The notes below the pieces were generated by a model. The model was given only the letters and a program-made list of their open reading frames with translations, made no database searches and was not told the DNA's origin. A stretch of 64,000 nucleotides of DNA from Chlamydiales bacterium (GTDB lineage Bacteria; Chlamydiota; Chlamydiia; Chlamydiales; JAAZZY01): assembly GCA_965206695.1 (NCBI GenBank), contig CBDBKM010000008.1, positions 125,330-189,329 on the forward strand, written 5' to 3'. This document shows positions 10,814 to 21,297 of the stretch, in pieces (the first letter of the stretch is position 1; each line of letters starts with the position of its first letter). Both the position numbers and the translations under genes were made by a program.

Positions 10814-11890
10814 ATGGCAACAACCGGCATACACACATCTACTTCTTTTGATCATGCCTTTAAAAAAAGATTCGAGCAAGTAGAGGATTCAATTTTAGAT
10901 CGCTTGATTCGCATCACCAAATCCTATGTTGTTTTCAATATGTCTTTTTTAGTATTAGGCATAACCGAATGTATTTTATTTCTTTTATGTTTTAACTTGC
11001 TAACCAGGTCCTCTATCCTATCTTTCACATTAGCAATCATGCTATTAACTATATTTAGTTATTGTATTTTGCGTATCTACCTTAAAGCACAAAAACCCGA
11101 ACAATTACAATGTTTATGTACTGATTACTTTATATACATAAAAAAACTACTCTCTTTTCAGAATCAAAATTTTGATCACCACATTTCTATTGCTAATACC
11201 GCTTGCCGTTTCGCTCATCAGCTACATGATCTTGAATATACCTTTTATAAGCCACCTGACTGGCTCACTGTTTTATCACCAACTATGGAAAAATTTAGTT
11301 GCTGGTGGCATTTTAAAGATTTATACTTGGTAAAAGAGGTATTATTACAACAGGCTATTGAAGAACATATCACTCTGATTAAATTAGAACCTACCAATTT
11401 GCAATTACACGCTACTTTAGCCAATACCTATGTCCTCTTATCAGAAATTTATGCCAATCCCCTAAAAGGGGATGATTTTGATGAAGAGAGATGGTATCCA
11501 CTTGCTAGGCTTTCTGAAAATATGCATTACAAATTCCGGCAAACAGCTCAACGTGCTATCGAAGAATTTAAGATTTTAAATCATTATGCACCTGATGACC
11601 CTTGGGTACATGCTCAATTAGCTTATAGCTATCACGATCTGCAAATGCCTAAAGAAGAAATTGCTGAATACGAAATCATCTTAACATTACGCCCAAAAGA
11701 TGAAGATAATCTATATAAATTAGGATTATTATATTTTGAGCAAGGACTCAACGCTAAGGGTTTAAAAATTTACGAACACCTTATACACATGAACCCTGAA
11801 AAAGCGGATAATCTGATTTCTTACTATGGCGCTTATCGCCCTGCTAACGATGACTATTTAGATGAGGAGGAGATTAACCTAAATGGCTAA
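10814..11890 (+). CDS. Chlamydial membrane protein with C-terminal TPR repeats
   Basis: Two N-terminal TM helices; TPR-like WVHAQLAYSYHDLQMP and LYKLGLLYFEQG. Confidence 0.7.
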   Translation: MATTGIHTSTSFDHAFKKRFEQVEDSILDRLIRITKSYVVFNMSFLVLGITECILFLLCFNLLTRSSILSFTLAIMLLTIFSYCILRIYLKAQKPEQLQCLCTDYFIYIKKLLSFQNQNFDHHISIANTACRFAHQLHDLEYTFYKPPDWLTVLSPTMEKFSCWWHFKDLYLVKEVLLQQAIEEHITLIKLEPTNLQLHATLANTYVLLSEIYANPLKGDDFDEERWYPLARLSENMHYKFRQTAQRAIEEFKILNHYAPDDPWVHAQLAYSYHDLQMPKEEIAEYEIILTLRPKDEDNLYKLGLLYFEQGLNAKGLKIYEHLIHMNPEKADNLISYYGAYRPANDDYLDEEEINLNG

Positions 11891-12811
11891 ACGGCTCCAG
11901 TTCATAGTTCCTATAAATAGCCCGGCTAAACAAATGGTATTTGCTTTCCAATTAACCTTCTCCTTGTAAAGCAAGATTCCCCATATGTTACAGCCAACGA
12001 CTAAAACCACAGAGAAAATCGGAAATATCATAGCACTTTCCCAAGCATTTGCCACAACAGCTGCTTGTATTAAGAAAAACGTACAAGCACCATAACAAAC
12101 ACCCCCGAATATACCATAAACGGTTTCTGTTATATTAGGATATCGCCTATCCTGAAGCCAAAACATCGTTGTTAAAAGAACAGTAGATGCTAAAAATATC
12201 ATTGGCATAAACCACTGTGTTTGGCTGCTCTCTAAAAGAAAAGGCAAAAGACGCGTTGTAGGAAGCTCGGGGGTAATCAATAAAGCCCGCCACTCAATAA
12301 TCACCAAGAAAAAGACATGTAAACAAAAAGCAGATAAAGCAAATAGTAGCCAAGAAAACTTATTGAAAGAGCCCATTGAAGAATGCTGATAAGCGGCCCA
12401 AAAGAGACCAATAATAACCAATATCGAACCAATGGCATTCCATGAATGATACTCATGCCCAAATGCAAACCCAAATAGTAAAACCATAACAATAGCGGGA
12501 ACGACAGAAGAAGCATTTAAGATCGCAATCGTTAATCCGGGAGGTCCTTTTTCCAAAGCTCTACCTAATGACCACATCATCAAACCTAAAATAATCCCCG
12601 CGACTATTCCAATCATTGCAATAGATGTATCCCAAGTATAATGCCCTGTTCTAACGGGATTTAACATGATAGCTACTACTATGGAAAGCAGCTGTTGAAT
12701 AATCAAAAATGCTTTACCGGTTCCTCCTGCATCGATGCTACGCCTTAAGAATAAATTCGAAAATGTACATAAAATAGCTCCTGATAAAACAAATATAATG
12801 GCCATAAGCAT
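11879..12811 (-). CDS. EamA/DMT-family transporter
   Basis: About 10 TM helices in two repeats. Likely start is the ATG at 12811, because the upstream TTG lies inside an IS end. Confidence 0.75.
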   Translation of the reverse strand: MLMAIIFVLSGAILCTFSNLFLRRSIDAGGTGKAFLIIQQLLSIVVAIMLNPVRTGHYTWDTSIAMIGIVAGIILGLMMWSLGRALEKGPPGLTIAILNASSVVPAIVMVLLFGFAFGHEYHSWNAIGSILVIIGLFWAAYQHSSMGSFNKFSWLLFALSAFCLHVFFLVIIEWRALLITPELPTTRLLPFLLESSQTQWFMPMIFLASTVLLTTMFWLQDRRYPNITETVYGIFGGVCYGACTFFLIQAAVVANAWESAMIFPIFSVVLVVGCNIWGILLYKEKVNWKANTICLAGLFIGTMNWSRLAI

Positions 12812-12815
12812 ACCT

Positions 12816-12860
12816 TTGACTTCCTCCAACGACTAAAGCCGTTGGATTTCTATCCCTCAT
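12816..12860 (-). mobile_element. Orphan IS200/IS605 right end
   Basis: Minus strand GAAATCCAACGGCTTTAGTCGTTGGAGGAAGTCAA: subterminal hairpin plus terminal TCAA. Confidence 0.7.
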
Positions 12861-13279
12861 GGTTAGGAGATTCCTTTAATCCTCTACCAACCCACTTTAA
12901 GTTAAAATAGGATTACTCTTGTTTTGTAGTAGTATCAGTTTCCAAGGCTATGGGTTTTTACGAAACCCTTCCCGTATGCCTTACGGTAATTTTGAAAAAC
13001 AAAGGAATTTAAACAAAAAAAACTGTTTAATACAAGAGATAAAGCGCTATCATCCCAACGCTAAAGGCAAAAGGTTTTCTCGCTTGATTATCATAACACT
13101 AAAATTCATAACTTTACCGGCAAAAGATCGTAATCAATTTTTTTCGAATTTGACAAAACGAATTAATCTCTAGAACCCTCTTTATCTATAAGTCCTTTAT
13201 CCGGGCTTTTTACATTGAAATAATGCTGCTGTTAGCGTAGCGTAAGAAAAAATGCTGATTTAATATCTTGGAATTTAAT

Positions 13280-16015
13280 ATGAGAGCTTTTTCATTTTTA
13301 TTTATTTTATTATCTCAATTTTCTTTTAATATTCTTTATTCAAAACCGATACACGATACTTCTTACCAAGAAATTCTATTTATTCGTCGTATTACGACCT
13401 GTTATCAGGAAAAAGATTACCCTCTTGTCAAAACTCAAATAGAAGCTTTTTTAAATTCCTTTCCCAATAGTTCCTATCATGAGCAACTATATGTCTTACT
13501 AGCGGATGTTTATTTACATGACAATCAAATACAAGAAGCTTTGAGCCTGTATGAGCTTTTAAAAGATCCCTCTATCCAAAAAGAAGCATTCTTTGAAAAG
13601 CTCTATTGCTACCATAAACTCAATGAATATACGGCTCTAAAAAATGAAGTGTTTCCTCTGTTAAAGAAAATAGATGACTTTACTGATGATCAATTTATGA
13701 CATTAACATTTTATTATGCTGAAGCACTTTTAAAGGAATTCCAAAATACTGTTGATATGAATAAGCAAAAATCTCTTTTGGAAGAGGCTAAGGATTATTA
13801 TGAAACGCTTCTATACAGCCCATATAAAAGCAAAACCAAACTTGCCTTAGGTATGATCTATTCTGAATTGAATCAAACAGAGTTAGCCGTAAAAACCTAC
13901 CTTGAACTTGCAAAGATGCTACCTGAAAAAAATGATTTTTTTCTATTTTGTGCTGCAAACCTTCAAGCTGAATATGATAGAAATTTAGCACTAAGTACAT
14001 TGGAAAGTATCTCAGCTAATCAGCATTGGGGCAATGCAGCTAGCTATAACTGGATGCTTTTAGCTTATAGCTCTAATCAATATGCTAAAATCCTCCATCA
14101 AGAAAAAGAATTAGCCGGGCTTATTCCGAAAGATAAACAACCTCATCTCCATTATATTTTGGGGCAAAGTTATTTTATATCGAATGAATATGACCTTGCT
14201 ATTTCGCATTTATCTTCTTTTATTGATTCATCCGGTGGGAACACACAGGAACAGAAGAAGGCTCTTTTTTCACTTATGGAAAGTACTTTTAAACAAAATC
14301 AGGTTGATTTGTTCTGCCAATATTTTGATGTTTTCGAAGATAGATTTAGTACAAGTGAAGATCATGTGAAAGCCCTTTACCTGAAGTCTAAATTATATCA
14401 AAATGCTAATCAATTTGTAGCCTCTCAACAAATTCTGTCTAAAATTATGTCCCTTTATCCTAATTTCGAGGAAATGGACACCATCCAATACGAATATGCC
14501 TTAAATTGCTACTCTCAGAAATACTGGGGGAAAAGTCACCCTACCTTAAAAAGTTTTATTCGAAATTTCCCTAAAAACGAACACGTACCGACAGCTATGC
14601 GCTATGTTTTAGACTCTACAGAACATATCATTGAAAAAAATGACCTTACACCGGAACTTAGAAAACAACTCATCGAAGATATTCAACAAGCACTCACGGT
14701 TCATTGTCTTAAAGAGGATGAAAAACCTCTCTTCCTCATTAAGCTTGCACAAGCGCAATATGAAGAAAAACAATATACTTATGCTATTGCTACATTGAAA
14801 AAATATTTAGATGGTTATGCAGAGAATCCGAATCATTACCAAGCCTACTTACTAACAGCTATTTCTTTTAAACAGCTGCATCAAGATCTTAAATTCACCG
14901 AATATTTAGAAAAAGCTCTTTTAATGCAGCAAAATGGAGATATCAGTCTTGTGCTATTCGATGCCTATAAATATTTTGACGCCTGTGGCAAAGAAGACTG
15001 TAATGAAAAAGCCGCGCATTATCTCTATCAGTCTATCCTATTAGGAAAAGACATTAGTAAGACGGGTAAACTTTGGTTAGCTAATTTTTATTACCAAAAA
15101 GTAGAGGCCTTCTTCGAAGAAAATGGCCTAAATACGATACAAAAGAATACCGATGAATTTGCAGCACGTGCTCAGAATATGTTTTATAACGCCCTTAACT
15201 TATTCGATGAAAAAGACATTGTAAAATTCAAATATGAAATTTTAAAATTAGCTCAACTAAATGAGTGGAAAAAAGATTATGTGGAAGAAAATAGAATTTT
15301 AAATACTTTACTTGCATGCAAAAATTTCGATCCGAATACTAACGATCCTTTTTATACTCAAGTTTTACTCAATATTGCCGCATGCCAAGAATCTATGGGT
15401 AATAAAGATCGAGCTGTTCAAATCTATCAGCAGATCCTTTCTCCAAAAGTTCTATCTAAACGAGACATTCGTAATAAAGCTAAATTACAATTAGCCAGAA
15501 TTCGGTTTGCTGATATAAACAAAGAAGAGATAAGTAATGATAATCCATCCTATCTAAACATTTTAAATACCTTAAATGACTTAACATTAAGTAGATATTT
15601 ACCGGATGAACCCATTCATTTAGAAGCTGCTATTGACTATGCCAATATCTCTGCTCTCTCTGTTCCGAAAGGAGAGCGAGACGAACATTTATTATACTCA
15701 TTAAAAGCTATTAAGAGCTTCTTTATTTCAAAAGAAGATATCCCTTCCCGACAATATTCGGATATGCGCAAAGACATGCCAAATAAAGAACATCTATATC
15801 AAGCTTTTATGCTTTTAATTGATGCAAGGATTAGCCAATTAGAAGCCCGTTTATGTTTTGAAGCGGGTAATATCGAGGAAGCAAAAGCAAAAGAAAAGCT
15901 TGCTAGAAATTTATATAGCAAATTGCATAAGTCCTCTCGAGCTTCGGAATATCTTTTTAAACAGGTCGAAAATGAGCTAAATCAATTAAATGAAGTATAT
16001 ACTGCTCGCAGCTGA
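13280..16015 (+). CDS. Large exported TPR-repeat protein; last codons supplied by an IS end
   Basis: Signal peptide-like N-terminus and many TPR-like helices (FPNSSYHEQLYVLLADVY, FPKNEHVPTA). Confidence 0.75.
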   Translation: MRAFSFLFILLSQFSFNILYSKPIHDTSYQEILFIRRITTCYQEKDYPLVKTQIEAFLNSFPNSSYHEQLYVLLADVYLHDNQIQEALSLYELLKDPSIQKEAFFEKLYCYHKLNEYTALKNEVFPLLKKIDDFTDDQFMTLTFYYAEALLKEFQNTVDMNKQKSLLEEAKDYYETLLYSPYKSKTKLALGMIYSELNQTELAVKTYLELAKMLPEKNDFFLFCAANLQAEYDRNLALSTLESISANQHWGNAASYNWMLLAYSSNQYAKILHQEKELAGLIPKDKQPHLHYILGQSYFISNEYDLAISHLSSFIDSSGGNTQEQKKALFSLMESTFKQNQVDLFCQYFDVFEDRFSTSEDHVKALYLKSKLYQNANQFVASQQILSKIMSLYPNFEEMDTIQYEYALNCYSQKYWGKSHPTLKSFIRNFPKNEHVPTAMRYVLDSTEHIIEKNDLTPELRKQLIEDIQQALTVHCLKEDEKPLFLIKLAQAQYEEKQYTYAIATLKKYLDGYAENPNHYQAYLLTAISFKQLHQDLKFTEYLEKALLMQQNGDISLVLFDAYKYFDACGKEDCNEKAAHYLYQSILLGKDISKTGKLWLANFYYQKVEAFFEENGLNTIQKNTDEFAARAQNMFYNALNLFDEKDIVKFKYEILKLAQLNEWKKDYVEENRILNTLLACKNFDPNTNDPFYTQVLLNIAACQESMGNKDRAVQIYQQILSPKVLSKRDIRNKAKLQLARIRFADINKEEISNDNPSYLNILNTLNDLTLSRYLPDEPIHLEAAIDYANISALSVPKGERDEHLLYSLKAIKSFFISKEDIPSRQYSDMRKDMPNKEHLYQAFMLLIDARISQLEARLCFEAGNIEEAKAKEKLARNLYSKLHKSSRASEYLFKQVENELNQLNEVYTARS

Positions 16016-17256
16016 ATCAGAGAATTCATCTTGAAGGACAATGAATATGATTAATAATAATTTTTTGAAAATTATCGTTAATTCTTTGACCTAATTGCTT
16101 TTTCATTTTTGGAATTTCTTCAAAACAGAACGTTCGGATAGCGTCACTGAAATCAATCAATTTCTCGTAGCACTTATTGTAAGTTTTTTTCTCCCTCATC
16201 ACCTTCCGGAACCTCTCTATTGGATTCAAATTGGGTGAATATAGAGGCAAGTAATGGATTGTCATCTTTGATGTATAGTATTTTAATTTTTATTTGATAA
16301 TATGTTATCCTTCTTTTTTTATACAAACAGTAAGGACAAAACAATGCCTAGAGCCTATTCAGTAGATCTTCGAGAGAAAGTATTACAACATATAGAAAAA
16401 CATCATGATAAAAAAACAGCCGGCCATATTTTTCAAGTAGGTATCGCAACAATATATCGATGGATCTTGCAAAAAAAGCAAAAAGGACATTTAAAGCCAA
16501 TCCGCAGAAAATATGCTTATAAGAAATTAGATGATGAGTTGTTATCTAAATATGTAGAAAAACATCCGGATTATTTTTTATCGGAAATTGCTGATTATTT
16601 TTCAGTCACTCCGCAAACGATTTTTTATGCCCTTAAAAGATTAAAAATTACACGAAAAAAAAAACTACTCGCTATAAGGAAAGAGATGAAAAGAAACGGG
16701 AAGCTTTTATGAAAGATTTAAAAAATATTCCCTTTGACAAGAGAATTTATCTCGATGAAACCGGGATTCATCAATTTTTATTTCGTGAGTCCGGAAGAAG
16801 CTTACGCGGCAAAAAAGTTTTTGGAGCGGTTTCAGGAAACCGCTTTATAAGGCAAAATATTATTTCAGCCCTATCTAAAGGGCAGTTTTTATCTCCAATG
16901 TGTTTTGAAGGTACTTGTAATACCGGGTTATTCAATATTTGGCTTAAGGAAGTTTTGACTCCTCAGCTTACACCCGGTAGTGTTCTTATTCTTGACAATG
17001 CCGGTTTTCACAAGTCAGCGGAAAGCAGGAAAACAGTAGAATCTGCCGGTTGTAAGCTTATGTTTCTTCCTCCATATTCTCCGGACTTAAATCCTATAGA
17101 AAAATATTGGGCTAATATGAAAAATAAAGTTAGAGAGATATTACGAAAAGTTACGAATTTTAAATTCGCCATTGATCAAGCAATCTTATCAATATAAAAT
17201 TAAATGACTATAATTAATTTTTCAACAAAATTTCTCTGATTCAGCTACGAGCAGTA
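16000..17256 (-). mobile_element. Internally deleted IS630-family element (outer), carrying a second IS630
   Basis: IR TACTGCTCGCAGCTGAATCAGAGAA / TTCTCTGATTCAGCTACGAGCAGTA with TA duplication; C-terminal transposase fragment YLPLYSPNLNPIER at 16026-16265. Confidence 0.8.
16274..17212 (+). mobile_element. IS630-family element; transposase 16344-17197 split at an A10 run
   Basis: MPRAYSVDLR HTH; DDE motifs YLDETG, ILDNA, LPPYSPDLNPIE; IRs TATAGTATTTTAATTT / AAAATTAAATGACTATA. Confidence 0.88.
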
Positions 17257-17404
17257 TATACCTGTATCCAAAAATCCCCTTGAAGACTGCACGAACACAG
17301 TGGACCCGCGAGTGACGGTTACGAAGCAGAGGAACGAAAAGCGCATTAATTATTGACGGCGGTGGCGCTTGAATGTTATACTAGTTGATTAAAATAAAGA
17401 GTTT

Positions 17405-18536
17405 ATGATGAAGGCTGTCAAGTTAAGATTCTATCCAACCCTTAAACAGAGGCGGCAATTGGCCTATGAGTTTGGTTGTTCTAAATTTGTATATAACCGG
17501 GCTTTGAATCAAAGAAGCACCTTAATACAAAGAAAAGAAAAAATCGATTAATTGGATTGGTCTTAGTAGAGAGTTAACACAACTAAAAAAAGAGAAGCTA
17601 TTCTTAAAAAATGTATCTGCTACAAATTTGTGTAATACCCTTAAGGCTTTGGAATCAGGATTTCAACAGTTTTTTAAGAAGCAGGGCAAATATCCAAGGA
17701 TTAAAAAGCGAAAAAGTTCTTGTGTTTACACATTAGATAAACGCCAAGGCACACATATTTTTATCAACGGAACCGGATTAAGGCTTCCAAAATTAGGTAG
17801 GCTTAGAGTTAATTGGCATGATAATGTGCCTGCATTCCCAAACAGTGCAACGATATCGCAAAACTGCGAGAATGAGTAGTATGTATCTTTGCAGGTTGAT
17901 GTAGACTGTACAAAAGAAGCTCCCAAGACAAATAGTCGTATCGGGCTTGACCTTGGACTAAAGACTTTTGCCACTGACAGTAACGGGGAAAAACATAAAC
18001 CTCTCAAAGGTTTAGGAAGATTTTTAAAGAGACTAAAGTATAAATCAAGAAAGCTTTCTAAAAAAATAAAGTTTTCTGAAAACAGAAGAAAAGCACGCAA
18101 AAAATTAGGTAAGCTCCACCGGCGAATAGCCGATAAGAGGCAAGACTACTTGCACAAGTTGAGTACTTCTATCGTACGCGAAAACCAAGTAATAGCGCCG
18201 GAAGACCTGCATGTGTGTGGCATGATGGCCAATAGTAGATTGAGTCGATCGATCGGGGACGCCGGTTGGAGCATTTTTAGGAGACAGATCGAGTATAAGT
18301 CCAAGTGGTATCGCAGGGATTTGCATATCATAGGGAGATATGAGCCGACAAGTAAGACTTGTCACGCATGCTCTCATATCAAGAAAGATCTTGTCTTAAG
18401 TGTGTGCTCGCGGCAGTGCGAAAAATGTGGAATCGAGCATGACAGAGATATCAATGCTGCAAGAAATATATTAATCACCGCAACGAGTACGGGAAGTGCC
18501 TGTGGAGCGTCAAACAAGCCGAAAGTAGCCGCTTAG
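17405..18536 (+). pseudogene. tnpB: tnpB pseudogene
   Basis: MKAVKLRFYPT start, frameshift near 17523, in-frame TAG at 17877; RuvC motifs GLDLG, EDL, DRDINAA. Confidence 0.85.
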
Positions 18537-18645
18537 CGGTAATGATAGGGACGTGTTGAAACAGGAAAAGCGCAGCGAAGAAACTTACAGGACGCAAGTA
18601 GCCGGACGTAGTCAGCGATTCTAAGCGTTAGCCGCCGTCTCGGAA
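18480..18645 (+). ncRNA. Putative omegaRNA scaffold of tnpB copy 1
   Basis: Conserved GCCTGTGGA...GAAACAGGAAAAGCGCA...GTTAGCCGCCGTCTC in both copies, overlapping the tnpB 3' end. 5' boundary is approximate. Confidence 0.55.
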
Positions 18646-18690
18646 GAGCGATACACTATTAAGCTACAAGACCACCGGCTATTTTGTGAT

Positions 18691-20226
18691 ATGTTTTTAA
18701 ATAATAAACCCAAGTGGCAAGTTTTAGTTCTTTCAGGTTTGATTGCATTTTTTTTACATATATGTGGTCTGTATCTTTTGCAAGGATTGCATTTTCAATA
18801 TAAGAATCCACAAAAGATTTCTTTATCTCCATTAGATAAACAAGACTTACAAAATCGATTGCTTGTTAAACAAAATAATCAAGAATTGGCTAATATCTTT
18901 AGTCGCTTAAATAATCCTTATATATTTGACAATACTAAATACCTTGTTGAAAAAATAGATATCACTTCTCTTCTAAAACAAATAACTAACACTATTGAAA
19001 TACCATCGACTATTCTTCAAGATCAACCCGTCATATATCCAATAATTGCATGCGATAAGATCTTTTCGCATGCAATAATAGACGATGAAGATGACTACCT
19101 TTATTATATAGAAGGATTAAATGACTTAACTTCAAAAGAGTATCCACTGGCCTATCAAGTACATGCACTCGATAACCTAACGGATAATTACATTCAGCCT
19201 TTAGGAGAAAATTTTGAGATTTTTACGAGCTGTTTGCCCAAACAGGCCGGAGAAGGCTATTATTTTCAAATTAGTTTTTCTCCTCAAACAGATCAAATAC
19301 TTCCCGCATTAAAAAAACATGTATCTTTTCTTATCGACTGCTCAAACGCCTCAAAAGATTACTGCAAAATTTCCAAAAAGGCTGTGTATCAAGCTATTGC
19401 AACTCTACAAGCTACTGATTCTTACTCCATTGCCATTTGTGATGAACGTAATCTATATTGTTCTGAAGCCTATTATAAAAATGATAAAAGGAGCCCTGCT
19501 TTAACTAAAACTTTTTTAAAGAATCAAAGGCATGGAAGAAAAATCACTTCAAGTAATCTTTTTGCACACTTAAATAAGATCATTCCCCAACCAATACCTA
19601 ATGATACAATAACGATTGCCATTTTTCTATTTAACGGAAATATAGATCTTTCGAAAGATGAACAGCGTATGCAACTTAAAACATGGACGGATGATAATCA
19701 GGGTAGACTTTCATTATTTTCTATTACTACAAAAGATAACAAGCATGTTCCGCTGTTAGATCTATTCAGTGTTTTTAATAAAGGCTCCCTGCTCATCGCC
19801 TCAGATATAAAAGATATTGAATCAAAACTTCTTCAATTGATGAACGCAGTCAGCACACCAATACTTAAAGATCTATCCATCTCATTAATAACAAACGACA
19901 AAGAAGCTTCTATTACCTCCTACCCCTCTTTAAAGTATGCTCCCGATTTTTTTGAAAAAAATGGCTATACTATTTTGGGAACCACAAACAAAGCCTGTCA
20001 GTTCACTCTCTTTATTCAAGGACAAGGAGATGATGGATGGGTAGATATTAAAAAGACTATTACCTTAAAAGAAAATATTTCTTCTGTGGTTGATACCTTA
20101 GAAAAGTCTGTATCACTTCAACAAGCGTATGCCAAATATGAATCGTTTATTGAAACCGGCAATCAATCAGATATACAATCTGTAAAAAATCTCTTAGAAC
20201 CCATGAATATACCCATAGCTTTTTGA
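18691..20226 (+). CDS. Membrane-anchored VWA-like domain protein (N-terminus separated by insertions)
   Basis: N-terminal TM; degenerate MIDAS FLIDCSN and VWA-like topology. Confidence 0.55.
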   Translation: MFLNNKPKWQVLVLSGLIAFFLHICGLYLLQGLHFQYKNPQKISLSPLDKQDLQNRLLVKQNNQELANIFSRLNNPYIFDNTKYLVEKIDITSLLKQITNTIEIPSTILQDQPVIYPIIACDKIFSHAIIDDEDDYLYYIEGLNDLTSKEYPLAYQVHALDNLTDNYIQPLGENFEIFTSCLPKQAGEGYYFQISFSPQTDQILPALKKHVSFLIDCSNASKDYCKISKKAVYQAIATLQATDSYSIAICDERNLYCSEAYYKNDKRSPALTKTFLKNQRHGRKITSSNLFAHLNKIIPQPIPNDTITIAIFLFNGNIDLSKDEQRMQLKTWTDDNQGRLSLFSITTKDNKHVPLLDLFSVFNKGSLLIASDIKDIESKLLQLMNAVSTPILKDLSISLITNDKEASITSYPSLKYAPDFFEKNGYTILGTTNKACQFTLFIQGQGDDGWVDIKKTITLKENISSVVDTLEKSVSLQQAYAKYESFIETGNQSDIQSVKNLLEPMNIPIAF

Positions 20227-20808
20227 ATGGCATTACGTATTATAGGTGGGAAATTTAAAAGTCGAAAAATTGAAGCCCCATCGGCAAGTATTACAAGACC
20301 AACTTCAGGTTTACTTAGAGAAACTTTCTTCAATATTGTGAACCCTTATATTCAAGGGGTCGAGTTTCTGGACATTTTTGCAGGTTCGGGCGCTATAGGT
20401 CTAGAAGCTATTAGCCGAGGAGCAGATAAGGCTATTTTTATTGAAAAAAATAGGTCTTCTGCAAAAATCATTAAAAATAATATCGAACTACTAGCTGTTC
20501 AAAACCAAACTGAGCTCTATATACTAAATGCACTCTCCGGTTTAAACAAGCTTATAAAACTTAAATCCTCTTTTGACATTATATTTGCTGATCCTCCTTA
20601 CGATAAGGCACAGCACTCCTCATTGTTATTAGATATTTTGCAGCTAATTGACACAAGTTTTCTATTAAAAAAATCAGGGGTCTTATTTTTGGAAACAAAT
20701 GGATTTGTCCCCAATTATTCTGATAGCTTGCAATCTCTTTTTAGTCATGATAAGAGAAAAATTGGAGATAGTTTTCTTTTTAAATATCAATTTTTAAAAG
20801 AGGTATAG
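20227..20808 (+). CDS. rsmD: 16S rRNA (guanine966-N2)-methyltransferase
   Basis: LRIIGGKFK, RPTS, LDIFAGSGAIGLEAISRGA, DPPY. Confidence 0.93.
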   Translation: MALRIIGGKFKSRKIEAPSASITRPTSGLLRETFFNIVNPYIQGVEFLDIFAGSGAIGLEAISRGADKAIFIEKNRSSAKIIKNNIELLAVQNQTELYILNALSGLNKLIKLKSSFDIIFADPPYDKAQHSSLLLDILQLIDTSFLLKKSGVLFLETNGFVPNYSDSLQSLFSHDKRKIGDSFLFKYQFLKEV

Positions 20809-20814
20809 TTTCAT

Positions 20815-21297
20815 ATGAAAATCGGTTTATATTGTGGCTCTTTTGACCCTCCGACTTTAGGTCATCTCGATATTATCAAACGCAGCTTGAGCTTATGCGA
20901 TAAGCTGATAATCGGCATAGGTAATAACCCTCAAAAAAAGCATGACTTCGCCCCCGATAAAAGATACGCTCAACTTTCAAAGATAACCAAAAGCTTTTTA
21001 AATGTTGAAGTTGAAATATTTTCAACTCTTGCTATCGATTTTGCAAAAGAAAAAAAAGCTACTTTTCTTATTCGAAGTCTAAGAACAATAGTTGATCTGG
21101 AAATGGAAAAATCAATGGCTTATATGAATAAAACAATAGGATCCATAGAAACTATCTTCTTGGTGTCAGATCCTCGTTATAGCTACATTCATGCGGCTTA
21201 TATCAAAGAAATTATTAAAGGGGGTAAACGCCTAGACAATCTTATCCCAAAAGAAATCGAAAAAGAAGTTTTTGACCTCTTACAATCACTTAAATAG
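20815..21297 (+). CDS. coaD: Phosphopantetheine adenylyltransferase
   Basis: GSFDPPTLGHLDII motif. Confidence 0.93.
   Translation: MKIGLYCGSFDPPTLGHLDIIKRSLSLCDKLIIGIGNNPQKKHDFAPDKRYAQLSKITKSFLNVEVEIFSTLAIDFAKEKKATFLIRSLRTIVDLEMEKSMAYMNKTIGSIETIFLVSDPRYSYIHAAYIKEIIKGGKRLDNLIPKEIEKEVFDLLQSLK

Larger units (their letters stand above)
17285..18645 (+). mobile_element. TnpA-less tnpB element, copy 1
   Basis: Ends shared with the 39399-40764 copy: TTGAA|GACTGCACG...GTTAGCCGCCGTCTCGGAA|. Internal promoter TTGACG-18-TATACT. Confidence 0.8.

Noticed and set aside
17285..18645. tnpB element as an IStron (self-splicing group I intron)
   Set aside because: The left end is only ~120 nt with no recognisable P3-P8 core, and copy 2 lies antisense to its host gene, so splicing could not rescue it
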